From positions 13,194,242 through 13,258,241 of the forward strand of contig CM082580.2 of assembly GCA_040954595.2 (NCBI GenBank): a DNA stretch of 64,000 bases. The letters are read 5' to 3'. Below, in pieces: positions 1-14,126 of this stretch; the first letter of the stretch is position 1; each line of letters opens with the position of its first letter. Position numbers and translations under genes: made by a program. The notes beneath the pieces were generated by a model. It was not told where the DNA came from. It did no database searches and saw nothing but the letters and a program-made list of their open reading frames with translations. This stretch comes from Balanoglossus misakiensis (lineage: Eukaryota > Animalia > Hemichordata).

Positions 1-1135
1 TCAATGTCAGTAAAATATATAATGTAAACAGTCAGTGTTCGACCACTTGTCGCATCGAAAATTTCCGATGGAAATTCTCGAATCTTTTAAAATACGCTAT
101 TTCAAAATTCTTGCTTTGTTTCCCACATTCTTGTGATGGATTTACGTCGGCACGGAAGTTAAAACTGATCTAATAGGCGCGTTCAAGCGTTCTTTTCATG
201 AACCTTTGACGTTGAAAGCCTGTCTGTTTTCTCGTTACAACTTCCAAAAGGGCCACCGGCAAACCCCTGGATGACGCTGACACGTAAAATAAACTGCAAA
301 CAGAGAGAGCCAAGAGACATTTGAAGGAGCGCAACGTTTCCACACGGAAGTTCGAGAATGAAAGATATGAACGACAATTTCTGAAATGGCCTTAATGAGA
401 CCGATGATTATAACAATGACCTCTTGATTTGCATTTGAAGTGCAACCACGTTGTTTCGTAGGCAATAGATCGCTTTGTTGCACGGTGAGATATCTGTCTT
501 CGTCGGAAGACAAAAAAAACCCGCGACGGTTCGGGGTTGTTGTAATGTCACCGGATCTTCGCGGCATACAAGAGACGAGAGGGACACATGTCGCCGAGGA
601 CCGGGGTTGGGAGACAGCTAGACCTGGACAGCAACCAGTCACTCAATCTGTCAGACGAATTGTCTGATCGCCGGGCGCTTTTTTGTTCCATGCTGCAGCA
701 GATTGCAAGAAGTCTAGATGCACGTTGTCCACCGTCGTATACCGGTTCGGACAACATGTGACCAACCGTATCCCGACGGTCAAAAACGCCGGACAAAACA
801 CCAAGACAAGTGAACACTTACCTAAAGTCTAACTGAAGAAAATCTAATTGTATACCGACATGTGATCACGCAGAATCTAGTTTTTCCACTCGAACTGGAC
901 GTTGACGAAACAGGATAAAACAATCCAAACGTACAATCCCAAGTACACAGTGTGAAAAAGGGACATAGACAGCGAGAGGAGTTCCTAAATTAGGCACTTT
1001 GCAGTGGTGGGGATCTGTGTTGACGATATGATATTGGTTAATGAAATTGGATATTAGATATTCGATGAGCGCGCCCAATTGTTCTATAATATCGCCACCT
1101 TTTGAAGATGCAATAATCATATAAAAAATGCATAC

Positions 1136-1148
1136 CTGTTTGATCCAT
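1136..1148 (-). other. Possible first coding mini-exon (MDQT..) of an unidentified gene running off the left edge
   Basis: Minus strand reads GGCAATGGATCAAACAG|GTATGC (good Kozak context plus donor) in a CpG-rich region, with X-box-like GTTGCCAGGGCAAA at 1252-1265. No homology can be assessed from 4 codons. Confidence 0.25.
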
Positions 1149-4100
1149 TGCCGTGATTTTTGTAGAGTAAAGCCGCGCTACATTGGCAGCCAAGTGTCTG
1201 TGTTCAAGTCGTATCTCGGCTACGCTTTGTAGAGATGTGAAAAAGGTGTCGGTTGCCAGGGCAAAGTAGCACTTTCTCTCTTGTAGCTTGGAGAGAACTA
1301 ACGTCAGAATTTGTTTCTACGTTGCTTTATAATCAGTTTCCCTGGCTCGGCATCCCGAACAGGAGATTGAGGTTGTGACCCCCCTAACTTGGTCGATATT
1401 ATCCGCCGACACTTGGAAACAATAGTGGTTGTCGAGCCGGTGACTGTGTGAGCGATGGCGGTGGCGATTGGATGCTATTTAGACATCGACAAGGCCTCTC
1501 AGCAAATGCCAATCAAACGCGCATTTGATGTTTCAATAAAATGCCTGTTCTATCAAGTCGACTAGAGAAACGAACTTGCTGAATACTGACGTTTTAGTCT
1601 TTCCAGGCACTCCTTAAGCTCCTGTGTATACTTTGTCATAGAAAGTGGTTGGCCGGATAGAGAAACTTTGTTTTTTTACCTACAAACCGCGTTTGTGCAG
1701 TTCCACGCGTACATATCGATACACTGGGCGACTACACAGTACAATACAGAAACCCCCATTTAAACATCACTCGTTTCATGCGCCTTTTCATATTCCCATG
1801 GCTTTCACCTTTAAAACCATCAATAGGACAAATCTGTCTCTTGCTGATGTGCCCCCCTCCAAACTCGCAGAGCAGGATTAGAGATATCCCCCCCCCCCCA
1901 CCCGTCTAATTAATCTGTTAACTGGGCCCAAGAGCACGCGATGCCTCAGAGATAGCTTCGCCATGATTACACAAAGCTCGCATCCTTGCCAACAGGTAGT
2001 TCTATGCCCATGTGAAGACATAACATATATATAGACGTTGAAACTGACCGGCTTAATATATCTCTACTACACACGCGCGAAGATACAAGGATGATTCACC
2101 CCCCAGTGTGGTTTCCGTAGTTCCCATGCACAACTAGCTCGATGGAGATACACTCACTCGGCTCTTGGGATTCCTTACAGAGAGGGCAAGGTAACGTGTT
2201 GCAACTTTCCGCGGACGGCTTGCCGCAAAGGCAAACTCCATCTCGGAGACGGCGTACCGTTCCACGGCGTGGTGAGTAGGCGATAGACTTAGAGCTATAC
2301 AGACTATAACTGGCCGGTCTACGTCAAATACTGTAGACTTGGACAATGTTATGATAATATACACTTCAATTATCAATTATGATTGATATTCCTAACTGGA
2401 ACCTGATTATCCAAATATAGAAAAGAAACCGACAAGTGAGGATATATTTTAGAACAAAGCACGGACCACCTATCAAACTCGTCCTCATGTACAGTATTCG
2501 GAAGTGAACGAGATACTAACGAAAGTATACTCAATTGACAAATAAATATCTACTTCATTCCAAATATATCTAGTGGTGGGTTTTTTTCGTTTTGAATAAA
2601 TCGGTTCTATTCTATTTTTAACATAAACGGATGCACATAAACGGATGTATCGAACGAATATGACTTCTCCTGTATTTTGGGCGAAACTAAATTCGAAAAC
2701 GAGAACCGGTCATCCATCCATCCATCCACAGTAAGAGACCAAACGTTATTAATTGCCTTGAGTGGAAGGGCCGCCCAAGGTGCAATTATCCCATTCTGGG
2801 AAGACAATGTCACCGCTAATTAGCCCAAGAATGACAAAGGCAGGCGCGCGCCAGAACTAAACACCATTGTTGTCATGTCACTTTCTTTCACTCTCGACAA
2901 AAGCCATGTTTAAAAACACCTAGTGGACAAAGATTTGATCAGGGGCCTTTGTAATCTTGTGGATGGGATTAAATTGACCTCTGATTAGTGTGGCAGACAA
3001 TGAGGATTATCCATTTTCCATTCATCGATGTAGTCACAACAGACAATATTACTCGTATGTCTGACTCAGGAATCGAGCATGTCAACCGCTCAGTTTTACT
3101 TCTTTGCCATGGTCCCGTTTTTGCTGCCTGCTCTGTCCACATCATAAATGTAAACGGAGATACTGGTAACTTAATTTTCCGATCAGTAGTACTCGCGTTT
3201 TCTCTTGTTTCATAGCAATACCTCAACAAAATGTTCCAGGAACATTATACATACTCAACGCCCGGAATAGTGACAGCAGACCCGGAGTTCATACAACTCA
3301 TACAACTTGTTGACGTGATGTTGGACTTATCAACAGGGTTTTTAAAATGATTAAATAAGAATGAAAATCTATTTTGGTGAAGTTTTGTATTATTTCCTGC
3401 TTATAGAAGCACTTTGTTTAAAAAAAAAAATATTTTTAAAATTGTCATTCATATTAATACAGAGGAACGGGCTTGCCACGTGAGCCGAGTTTTACTTTGG
3501 TCGCATGTAATCAGCCAGTCAGGCTTTCCACAGACGGTCGATATTGTCGCGGTTGTCTTTTTATTTTTTGGAATGGGTATGATTTCTAATTGTCAAACCT
3601 AAACATTACCACCGGAAGTGCATTTTCGAGCGGCCTTTCAGATCACGTGTCGAATCACGACGATTTTTAACTGACTGAGCGTTTTACAGATGACGGGAAT
3701 TACATTGACATGAATTCATCATGTATTTAAGGACTGTGCGCGTCCAAGGTTTATGGAGTTTCTCAGAAGGACCAACAAACGCTTGCTCAAATAAGATTAC
3801 ATACTCCGAAGGGGACAACACGACATAGACAGAGAACTTGGCAAACTTAATGAGCAACAGCGTACAGCCGATTAATTGATGATATTTGACATAGCAGAGT
3901 GTGGCTAATGAAAAGAACTATAAGCACTGAATAGATATGTGCATTCTTTCCCCCACGATACACGGCCAACTCGACATCGCAGAGGCAGTGATTTCGACAT
4001 CCAATTGATCAGATCGGGGTTTTTTATTAACCGGTCGTCAATTTTTCATTAATCTCGATGTTTTCCATCGGACTTGGAATTTCCTGTAATTACTGCTGAA

Positions 4101-7100
4101 TATATACAACTGAAATTTTGGACACGTGACGCCAGAGCGCTCACCGCCTGATCTGCATATAACGAATTATCCAACATGGCGCTCATTTTTTTCGGGCTGA
4201 TGTACACACCTTTCTTTGGCGCGAATTGAATTATGACAGATCGCAGTGAAAGTTCTTAATTAAATCCATTAATCACAACAGTCTACAACAAATAAACCAT
4301 GTCTCTGTCGCCTCGATTGCAAATCACAAAATTGGCAGAGTGGGATGATGTCCTCAGGCCAGAAATCGGGAGATAATGTAAACTGCACTCACTTCCAGTG
4401 TTTCGGAACAACGATTGCACGTTGCGCCAATATGTGGTAACACACGCCACAGCCCGGTTATGTCAGAAAGTGTAACATCAATGTGGACCGATGGAATGGC
4501 ACTTGCAATCAGCTATTTGCTGTTTATCCAATACACACAACCGTACACTCATCTTTTGACAGCCAAATCATGCGAGCGAGTCGATGTTACACAAATGTTA
4601 CTCCAGGTGGCTTCTCAGCATATAGTATACTAATTATTTAATGCTCTAATTTCATTCTGTTCAAGAAATCAGCTATATAATATTTGGATTCTGTATATGC
4701 TAGCAAATATCGTGACATATTACTACACTGAGAAAAGTCTAGTACATTCCCATTCTGCATTTAGCTGCCCAAACTATCATGAAATTCAACGCCTCAAGCG
4801 TCTCTTATCCCCGCCCTTTTAACAATATCACAACAGCGTTGACGTACAGTGTTTTTTTTTCCAAAAACGAACCTTACTTTTCAAACATAACCGTATGTTT
4901 TATTTAATAAAAACTTGATCGCAGAATTAAAACTTGACTCCAGGGTTTCGTTCGATACCCGAGCTGTCAATGTATCAGTTGTGGCGTTTCTGTATGGTGC
5001 TCACAATTCCTAGCCTTCAAACGACCGCCGCGTATTTTCAGAAGCTGTGATTCTTCTGATTTTGAAAATGACACTAATCGGGCATAAACCCTCACATTTA
5101 TCTCCGTCTTTTAAATATTTGACGCCCTTTCGCTGACAGAGGTTGGGAGCATGGTTTTTATACTTGAAAACCGTCTTACAGCCAAAGTTGCCGCTGGACG
5201 TTTATTTTAGAATCTCTCAAGTAGACAGGACTACGAGGTATTTACCCCGTCCTTTGGCGAAGCAAACGTTTCGGTTTGTTTGTGAAGGCGGAGGCAGAAG
5301 ATCCCGCTTCGCTTCGTACGTCGTTGTGTGCCGGCCGCGTGGCTCGAACAAGACCCAGAACACACATGCGTATACGGCGTAAATTGAACACTTCGGTTTT
5401 CTTCCGTAAAGTGAATGATTAAAAGACAGCGCAAAAAAAATGAAAATAGCAATCATGGCGATACAAGGACCGCACAAGTGTTAAATGACTTGAACGCGTA
5501 TGTGAATATTTTACTTGCGCTATTTTAACTCCAGCTGTCGCCGTTTGGGATTGGGCTAATTCAGAATACCAGGAAAAATGTCACCAGATTTTTATTGCCT
5601 ACTTTATTATTTTGATTGCGCCCAAATATTGTCCGCACAATATGTGCGTTAGGTTCCAAAGTCATAAATTTTTTACACTCTGTGTGTTTTGAAAAGAATA
5701 AGCGTAATTACAGATAATCTCTGCCGAATACTTCCGAAAGGGCCACTCTACGTGCGTGAAAAGTGTTTTCAGAATGTGGCGTGGAAAAATGGTGACGAAG
5801 TTATTTTTTTCAAATGCTCATGATCAAGTTGTTGTTACAGAGTATGGCGTACAGGAGACGGGTGCACGTGACCCAGCCATACATTTTTTTCAGCATGGCA
5901 TTAAGGCCCTGCCAGGCGATTGCAACTTGCATGTGAAATTATCTCACCGTTAAAAAAAGGAGACAGCTTTCTTTCACGTCTGAATTTCGATACCCTTGCA
6001 CGCAAAACATAACAACAAGAACAAAAGACGGATATTATAGAACAAGAAAATTCATTCACTCACCGGAGACTAGCGGGCCTGTAACTTCAAGTCTGGTCCT
6101 AACTGTTAAGGAAAGTATATATGGTTAATGTCTCAGATGCAGCAATCAAAGACAAACAAAACCAAACAAGAATTTTAGTCAGCTCCAGAACGTCTGTATT
6201 TTTTCATATGTTAATGGCATCTTGACGTCCACTCTTCCTTAATTTCAATTTTACGTAATTTTCATATTATGAGCAACACAATAATTAACCTTTGAATGTT
6301 TAAAAAAAAATAAGATTAACTTCAAGGGTGGATGGGAGGGGAATGGGATTGTGATTGTATGAAGAGTTAATGATGCTCAGCTATAACTGGTTGATACCAG
6401 TAATAAAAAATACATGTCACTGTGATAAATTACCTCTTTCTCTTCATTGTATTTCTGATTTTTGACTGGTGGAATTGGTGTGTACTATACGCGGGTTGTC
6501 TTGGTTACCACGTCAGTTGCCCAGGTCTGTAGTTGAGATACGATGCTTGAATGGCCGTGTCTGAAACCCAAGAAGTTACAAAAAAACTTTAATATTATCA
6601 AACGGCAATCCAATTTTTACTATCAATAGTAAAGAAATACAAAACCATTCGACAAAACCATTTTTTAATAAAAAGGAATCTTTGAAAATGCTGAGAAATT
6701 AACAATGCCTTTTTCTCTCCTTGCACAAAGACTATTCCAGCTCACAGCTCGTATATGTCAAGTAGAAATCTTCATGGAGGTAAAGTTGTTGCTGTGTATC
6801 ATAAATCTACTCTAAAAAATAAGCTGCCTGGATTTGTGTCTCCAAATGCGCCTGAGGAAAAGGTCTTTCGTTGAGGGCGCACGGTGCATAGTGTACTAAA
6901 CTAGACAAAACGGCGTTGCTTGCGTCCGCGCAATGAAATGCCAAGGTAAAGTTACTCCAGCTAATGGAATGAATGCACTGCAATCCAATCATTCGTCGTG
7001 ATTGCGATATCATTTGAAGTTCCTTTAGCGTAGTGCATCCATCAAATTCAAATTCACGTAATTAATAGCCGCGGTGAAATAAAACTACGGCAAATTAGCG

Positions 7101-7457
7101 TGATAGTGCATCGAAATCAAAACTATAAATTTATCCCGATCGGTGAAAGGAACACCTTGTTAAAGTTGTTTCACGTTGCCTGGAAACGGATCTCGAATAA
7201 ACGCGATTTGTTTCCACGCAGTCTGTCGTTACTTGTGTGCACGGGGATTTTGCTTCTATTTAACTACGCCGTCACACAAGATTCAAAACAGGAGCTTTGG
7301 GTCACAACCTGAGTGATCCGAACACAACCCAACACTGCTTACGTCACAGGAAGAACGAATACAACAGCTTTGCCACATTAACTATGGCACCTGTATAAAG
7401 TATTTGTGGGCCACTATCTACAACTTTTGGCAATTTTTAATATTTTTATTCCGCGTA

Positions 7458-8077
7458 TTAAAGGTAGTCCTGAGACAGGCTAATCCTTCAATTGAGCATT
7501 TTTGCTTATATGTTCATGAGTTAATCGTTCTAAAACAACGATACAAATTTTCTCGTTTTTATTGAAAAATGACCAAACACAATAATACACATTGTCTCGA
7601 TTAAAGTCAATACCATACCAAAATGCAGCAACTGATTTTTCCAGTGAAACTTCAGTGTTACTATCAAATCTGCATTGTCTTAGTTATTTCTGTAAACAAT
7701 ATGGTATTATAACAAATCTTGGATATTAAGATTTGTTTAATCTGTGCCTTTTTATCGAGTGATTTATTGCTGTATTGTTGCTAAAGTAAACGTTTCAACT
7801 TTCATCGACTTTGACTTTTCCTGGATGAAACACTTTGTCGGCGAGAATCCGTCAATCAATCAATGGCGGGTGTGAATCGTTTTTGTCCATTAAAAACACC
7901 AAAAAAATGGCAGTCCAAGCAGCAAGAAAGACATTACACCTCGGCCATGTTTCAGCCCCCAGGTAGAAATCTGGGTTTCCGAGAAAATAGAGGGCCACTT
8001 GAATCAGACACCCCGAGGCCGGGGGAATTCTGTGGGGCAATGGAGAACCAAACATACGGATAGCCTAGATACCTTTG
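7458..8077. mobile_element. Possible degenerate TTAA-type non-autonomous DNA transposon
   Basis: Left end TTAAAGGTAG...AGGCTAATCC partly mirrors right end GGATAGCCTAGATACCTTT. The inverted repeats are imperfect and there is no transposase. Confidence 0.25.
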
Positions 8078-8869
8078 TGGTCGCCATATGTTGTTATTAT
8101 TTGCCAAATCATTGGCCACTTAATCTTCTGTTGATAGCTTGACGTCAACATCATGTTCTGTACTCCGCGGCACTGAAACGGTTACCGAATCAATCCTAGA
8201 ACCATTCAAAGTTCTTTTTTTCAAAAATTACATTTGAATTATGATTGCGCGTTACCGTATCCATACCTGTGTTGGTTTATTAATCACATTTCAGAGACGA
8301 CTCGTACGCTCTTTATGCGTGCCCGCCGGGAGAGAGTTCTGTCAACCTTGTTAAACAATCAAAAGACGGATGGACGTCGGTTTTAACAACAAAACAAGCT
8401 CTGCTGTAACAACCCACCACCCGTTCAGTGGTTCTATACATTTGATGTCGCATGGTCAGACTTGTGAACAATGGTAAGGGTTTTCACACGTCTGATTGAT
8501 GTAAAAAGAAGTATAACGGAATTGCGACTATCAATAAAAGTTTGTGTGGGCTAACAAACTTTGTAAATTCTAGTCGAAATATAGTATAACTTCTCTCATA
8601 ACTAATTTTCCATCCGACCAGCTAACAAACAACCACTTTTCCACTGAAGTAAACTAAAATCTATATTTTCACGCTCTCAAACGAATTTTATAAAAATCAT
8701 TAATGAAAAGAACGTTCAATACATCTGTTACTTGCTGAATAAGACCAAAGTAATGAATTTTAAAATTTCAAAACTTAAAACTGGATAATACTGAACAGGA
8801 ATTTCAGCCATGGTAACGTGTTATTAATCAAATACAGGCATCTTTTTGAAATTTAATTTCAGTCCCCAT

Positions 8870-9010
8870 ATGTAAGTACATGTATGTATGTGTGTATGTA
8901 TGCATGTGTGCATGTATATGCATCCGAGTGTGTCTATGTTTATTTTAAATGCAAGCACGCACGCACGCACGATTCCTTGCATGCATATACATACATACAT
9001 ACATGTATGT
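8870..9010. repeat. Degenerate (TATG)n/(TACA)n and purine-pyrimidine simple repeat
   Basis: tgtatgtatgtgtgtatgtatgcatg ... gcacgcacgcacg ... atacatacatacatacatgtatg. Confidence 0.8.
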
Positions 9011-10199
9011 TTCTATGCGTTTGTCTCTATGCTTTTCAGAATTCAGATCCAATGCATATCAATCTTAATTCAATATTGTACTGAATGTACACGACGTGCA
9101 GGGGTCCAGTAGGGAAGTGATAATATGATTACACCCTCCCGCTTTGCGTGCCATAGCTACAACAGACCCTGGAGAGCCATTTCGTGGTTAATTACAGCAA
9201 TATTTTGGGCACAATAATCCCTGCAATATACATGTATAACGCATTGAGCTCGATACAAACCGCGTCTTGTGCTGTTGCCATTGGATTACCGCGAACACAT
9301 GTGCAGACAGCGTCGAACTGCGCAGAGCAAACCATTGTCTCCGCGTATACGGGGAGATGTGAATTCGTGCTTTGGTTGTCGAACGAGGCACATCAAATGA
9401 TTCACCGATACGGTGCGCGTGGCCGAGCCAGACCAGATTTGACGCAAATACATTTAACTATGAAACGTGCAGTGAGGCATTAAACCTTCCCTCATATCTT
9501 TTTCGAATTTTACACGATGATTAAGACCACAAGCAGCTGTTTGACAAATCCCGGGGTTTGCTTCGCTCGTCGTTTTTGTGCTGTATTTAATAACTCGTCT
9601 ACTGGCTACATTGAGAAAGGAAATGATAGCGACAGGTTTTCACATACGGAGAATGAAAATAGAGAAAAAACAACAACTTAGTTTTCAGGTTCAAATGTTA
9701 TAAAAACTAGACTCATCCCGCCGTGAAATGTCCCCATTCTTCTTTGTTTTGTGTCCTTTGAAAAATTTGAAATCGTTAGTAGCATTCTCATTTGTGAATA
9801 TATATTGCTCACAAAACATTAAAACAGGACAATTTATAAATGAGGTATCCGTGGCACAGGTTTCATTAAAAGGTATCGAGAAAACACACCAACAAAAGGC
9901 TGACAAATATCCACGGAATCAGATTCACTCGCTAGGTGGTGAAACTACCATGTATTTTGGGGGCGGTCCGCACATTCAGTTTAAATACAAAAAGTGTACA
10001 TTCTCTGTACGGTACAAGTACTTTTCAAGTACATGTATTATTGAAGAACAGTCACCGTTGGAGTCCTATACTTGACGGACTATATGCCTTGAATACAGCG
10101 GTTTTCCTGGCCGACGATTTGGCATGTTTCAATCAAAGCGACGCATGAAATACACAACAAGAATACAATCAGGTGGTTCTTCATTCCAGAGACGATAAT

Positions 10200-10290
10200 C
10201 AGACAAACCCACAGACAGACAAACCCACAGACAGACAGACAGAGAGATCGCAAACGATCGATCGACCGACAGCTAAACCAGACAAACAGA
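10200..10290. repeat. (CAGA)n-rich simple repeat with duplicated AGACAAACCCACAGAC unit
   Basis: agacaaacccacagac occurs twice in tandem from 10201, followed by agacagac. Probably part of an interspersed repeat. Confidence 0.65.
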
Positions 10291-11798
10291 CAATATTCGG
10301 ACAGAGGCGGATGTTAAAGACGAATGTAATTCATGGTTGGCAGCAAGAGGTAGAGAGATTCACAGAGACAAAAAATACCAAAAACGCGGTTTTCCTCCAC
10401 CAAGAGACACACGATTCCCCATACCCACACAAAAGACATCTATGCTACAAAGGTACAAAAATGATGTATATGGTTCTTAAGCTGCTGTCACAGGAAAACG
10501 CTTATCATGCCTTTGTATAAACTAAAAATCCGATTTAACCTGTTTCTTCCCATAGCAAGTGGCTTCTGTATAGAGATGTCGACGATGTTTCAGTGATGTC
10601 CCACGGTTTCATGATTCCCGTTTTATCTGCTGTGTTCATCACCTAGACAGCACGAGTTAACCATATTTAAGATGATTTTCACATTTAGCTGTTATTGCAT
10701 TGCCATGGGAACGATAAAAGTGACGTTGTCTGGGAGATCTTTGAAATCCTCTCACACTACTTTTAACGTGATCGTTTCAATTCAAAATTTACTTGTACAA
10801 TTCATTTTCATCAAACCATTGACACAATAAACTTTTACTATGACTATTTCATGTATCTTCCCCCCCCCCCCGTCATTAATGCGCTACTCTGTTTGTTTTA
10901 TCAACTTATTCAAGTCATTTCCCGCCTTGAAATCTCAGTCACACGAATGTTATTTGCGAGAACTCTATATGCGACAGAATCATGAGTGATATTATGTATT
11001 TATACCTGGGCAATGTATTCCGGACAAAACGGCAAACCATCTGATACAGGCCGGGATAAACAGCGTCACTGCCTATTAATTTAGAAAATTGTTCGTTGTG
11101 CTAGTTACCCGATTACATGTACATGTTACACTCAGTTTGTGTATTCCGAGTTGACGACTTCTGCGCACCACTCTGCTAAAATTGTCCTTTCCACGAGTCA
11201 GCTAAGTCTATTCTGTGACACGTCACTTCCGCCTGCGAGTTTCAACTACTCTTGTGATAAAAGTTTCCTGCACTGCACTTGAAATGGGTCAGTCGCATAC
11301 TACTGCACTTGGTTGATGCATTACTATTTGATTCAAAGTTTGATAGAAAGTGACGTTGTTGTAGAGTGTCCAGGGGAAAAGTGTACACATACGTATTTGC
11401 ATTACAAAAGACCATGTTTTCTGATGTTCCTTACCACACGAGCGAGATCAATACGGATGTACTGATATCCAGTGTTGTTTAAATTGGCCACAGGGGGCGC
11501 TGTACCAAAGTGTTGGGGAGAGGGGAGTGAACTTGAAAAGAGCCCCAATAGTTGCCCTCATGTTTTTTGTTTGTATTTGGCTCTGGAAATATATATTTCT
11601 CTGATTTTTTTGTTGGTCATAATTTCTAAATGAACCCCCTTTTTAGATCGATCAATAAACTATTTATAAATAATGCATTTAGAGCTGCCATAAGCCAGAA
11701 ACGAAAACCAGGCGTGAACTGGCTGTCTGCCCGTGCTTCATTTCTCAAAATATGTCTGGAAATCAAATTTTCCCATCGAATAGTATTTCCCATATTTA

Positions 11799-14126
11799 TC
11801 AAACAACATTCTTTTTCACAGCAGATATCAATGACGTCAGATGAATGCTAACAATGGTACTCCAACGTTTATGCACACTATGTCCACCATTTTCAAACCA
11901 TACCACTCGGCGTAAATCAACTTCTGCGAACAAATCAATTTAGAACACACTTTTTAAACACAAAGTATCTTCTTTAGGCTAAGCAAGCTACCAGATTCGC
12001 GTGCGTGCGTGTGTGTGTGTGTGTGTGTGTGCAAGCGCGCACGCATGCCATGCATATACATGCATGTATGTTGAGGGATGAACGATTTTGCACACGAGTA
12101 GAAAAAAATGCCCACCTTTGAATGTTTCTGAACGGCTTGCACATTTCCCATTTTTGTCAAAACTAATGATGTTATAGTCGGTGAAACCAAAGCTATCCAT
12201 ATTCTCCTGTGCTATTTCCTTCTCCACGAACTTATCATCCTCGCCATGAATCAGCAGCAAAGGTAGTCCTCCTCTTCTTGAAAATGACAGTACATCTATG
12301 TTGTACTGAGTTTAAAAAAGAAATATAAAAAATGTCAATGCAAGAGTGACACTTTTCGGAAAGTAGCACTAATCATTTTATGCATAGATAGATTAGTTAC
12401 AGTAATTAGGCCGTGGTCACTAAAAATCAGTATATTTCCAATCATGGAATAAAGGCGATCGAAAAGCTATTTGATTATTAAAAAAATCAAATTGAGTGTC
12501 ATTAAGGTGCCTAATGGATTCGAGTCAACGTATTTAAAACATAACGCAAATCTCATGATCAAACATTTTTTACACAGAAGCGTACATAGAATTTAACAAA
12601 CGACAAAAATGGCGTCGACGTATCTGAAGGATCGGAAGAACGTATGGTGGCGCTCTTTATTCGCGTATGCCATCCACTGAAAATATGTGATTGGTAAGAT
12701 CTCAAGTTGTCATGGTAGTTGTAGCTAAATTTGCATAGGTGACCGCGTATACCTTTAAGTATTTAAAAACTACTTACTTGGTGATAATCAAACGAGCCTC
12801 CTTCATAGACACTGTAAAGAATGGCTTCTGGTGTATTGGATTTGATATTTAGTACGAATCGCCCATAAAGTACGGCTAGCCTAAGGACAAATTTGTCGAG
12901 GCCAGGAATCTTTCTGGACCAGAAAAGGAAATTTCCAACAATGCTGGTGAGTAGAATCGGTCTCAACATTCTGAAATGTAGTTAAAATAAATGCAACTGT
13001 TATGTAGTGATGTTAAATGTTACGAAAATATTCTCGTCTGAGTAGACTATATGCGTTGCATTGCTCAGTAATTTGGGGGGGGTTTGCACACCCATTCACA
13101 AAGTTTACCGAAGTAAGTTATTTGCCAAAGACATTTATAGGCCCCTGTTTTGAGAAATCTTCAAAGTTTCTAAATGTACAAAATCCCCAAAATAAATCAG
13201 CGTGTGTAACTAGCATCTAATATGCTTAATAGCATCGAATGTGCTTACCTATGAGGTCTGCCTCCAATACAAGATATTAATGTGATTGACTTTACGCAAT
13301 CAAATGTTTCATCCGCACACATTCTCAGCATAGTGTGTGCAGCTCCTGAAAATCCAACAAGTGTCTCCACTCTGAAAAACGGAAAACAACATTTTGTTTT
13401 GTAAAGCACAATAATGAAATTGCTCGACCATTAACTGAGCTTGTGCCATATTAAAATTACAGGATAATTATATTGCACTACCTCTTTATTCCCATGGTTC
13501 TGATAAATTCTTTGACGATTTCAGCTTTGTGGTTTGCAGAACAGTTATAGATGTCTTTTTCATCAATTTCTGTGTAACCCATTCCTGGTACCGAAAAATA
13601 ATGAGATACGTCATAAGACATTTTGATTGATGAAATTGATTGAAAAGCATAGAGAACACACAATACAAATATATACATGTAAATAGGCGTTTCCATGTGA
13701 ACAAATGGCAGCATCAATGTCGTCGTGGATCAAAAATCTCAGCCTCATTATTTAGTTCAGTGTGACCAAATTTCGATCGGACGTGACAACGGTTAACACT
13801 TACATGCTACTTATACATTTTGTAACAGAAATTTACTGATCTCATGTAGACATACAGAGCATATTGTCCCTCATATAGGATTACTTACCGGGAAAGTTTG
13901 GTATAATCATCCGTATGCCATTCTCAGTCATTGGCCGGAACAGATGCTTGTACATCCAGTAGGTGGTTGGTGATCCATGTAATAGTACTGCGATAGGGCC
14001 GTCTTCAGGACCAATGTCACAGTAAGCCACAGAGAATGACGTGCCCAAAACATTGACGGTCATGTGCTTCAAGTCATCTTCTGATCCCAGTTCTCTGCCT
14101 GGAAGTAGAGCGTCAATGCTAATCAT
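11799..14126 (-). CDS. Alpha/beta-hydrolase fold serine hydrolase, DUF1057-like, 323 aa, 6 coding exons
   Basis: Exons 14126-13889, 13584-13482, 13371-13249, 12970-12778, 12305-12116, 11923-11799. All introns are GT-AG and phase-consistent (972 nt, TGA at 11799-11801). Motifs: oxyanion LLHGSP, PNFPGMGYT, nucleophile elbow VGFSGA (S122), GGRPHRMLRP (resembles the DUF1057 GLRPHKGIRP motif as I recall it), LIHGEDD (D243), FENGGHSVH (H297). Confidence 0.88.
11998..12070. repeat. (GT)n microsatellite with alternating purine-pyrimidine flanks in the last hydrolase intron
   Basis: cgcgtgcgtgcgtgtgtgtgtgtgtgtgtgtgtgcaagcgcgcacgcatg. Confidence 0.9.

Noticed and set aside
511-545. A-run plus hairpin (AACCC..GGGTT) resembling a rho-independent terminator
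   Set aside because: The context is eukaryotic, the stem is imperfect and no prokaryote-like gene is adjacent.
10535-10645. Possible extra terminal exon of the hydrolase
   Set aside because: The required phase gives a stop after a few codons, and the exon at 11923-11799 already supplies the catalytic His and the stop.
11799-14126. Calling the hydrolase a true haloalkane dehalogenase or luciferase
   Set aside because: The Asp nucleophile motif HDWG is absent and a Ser elbow is present instead.
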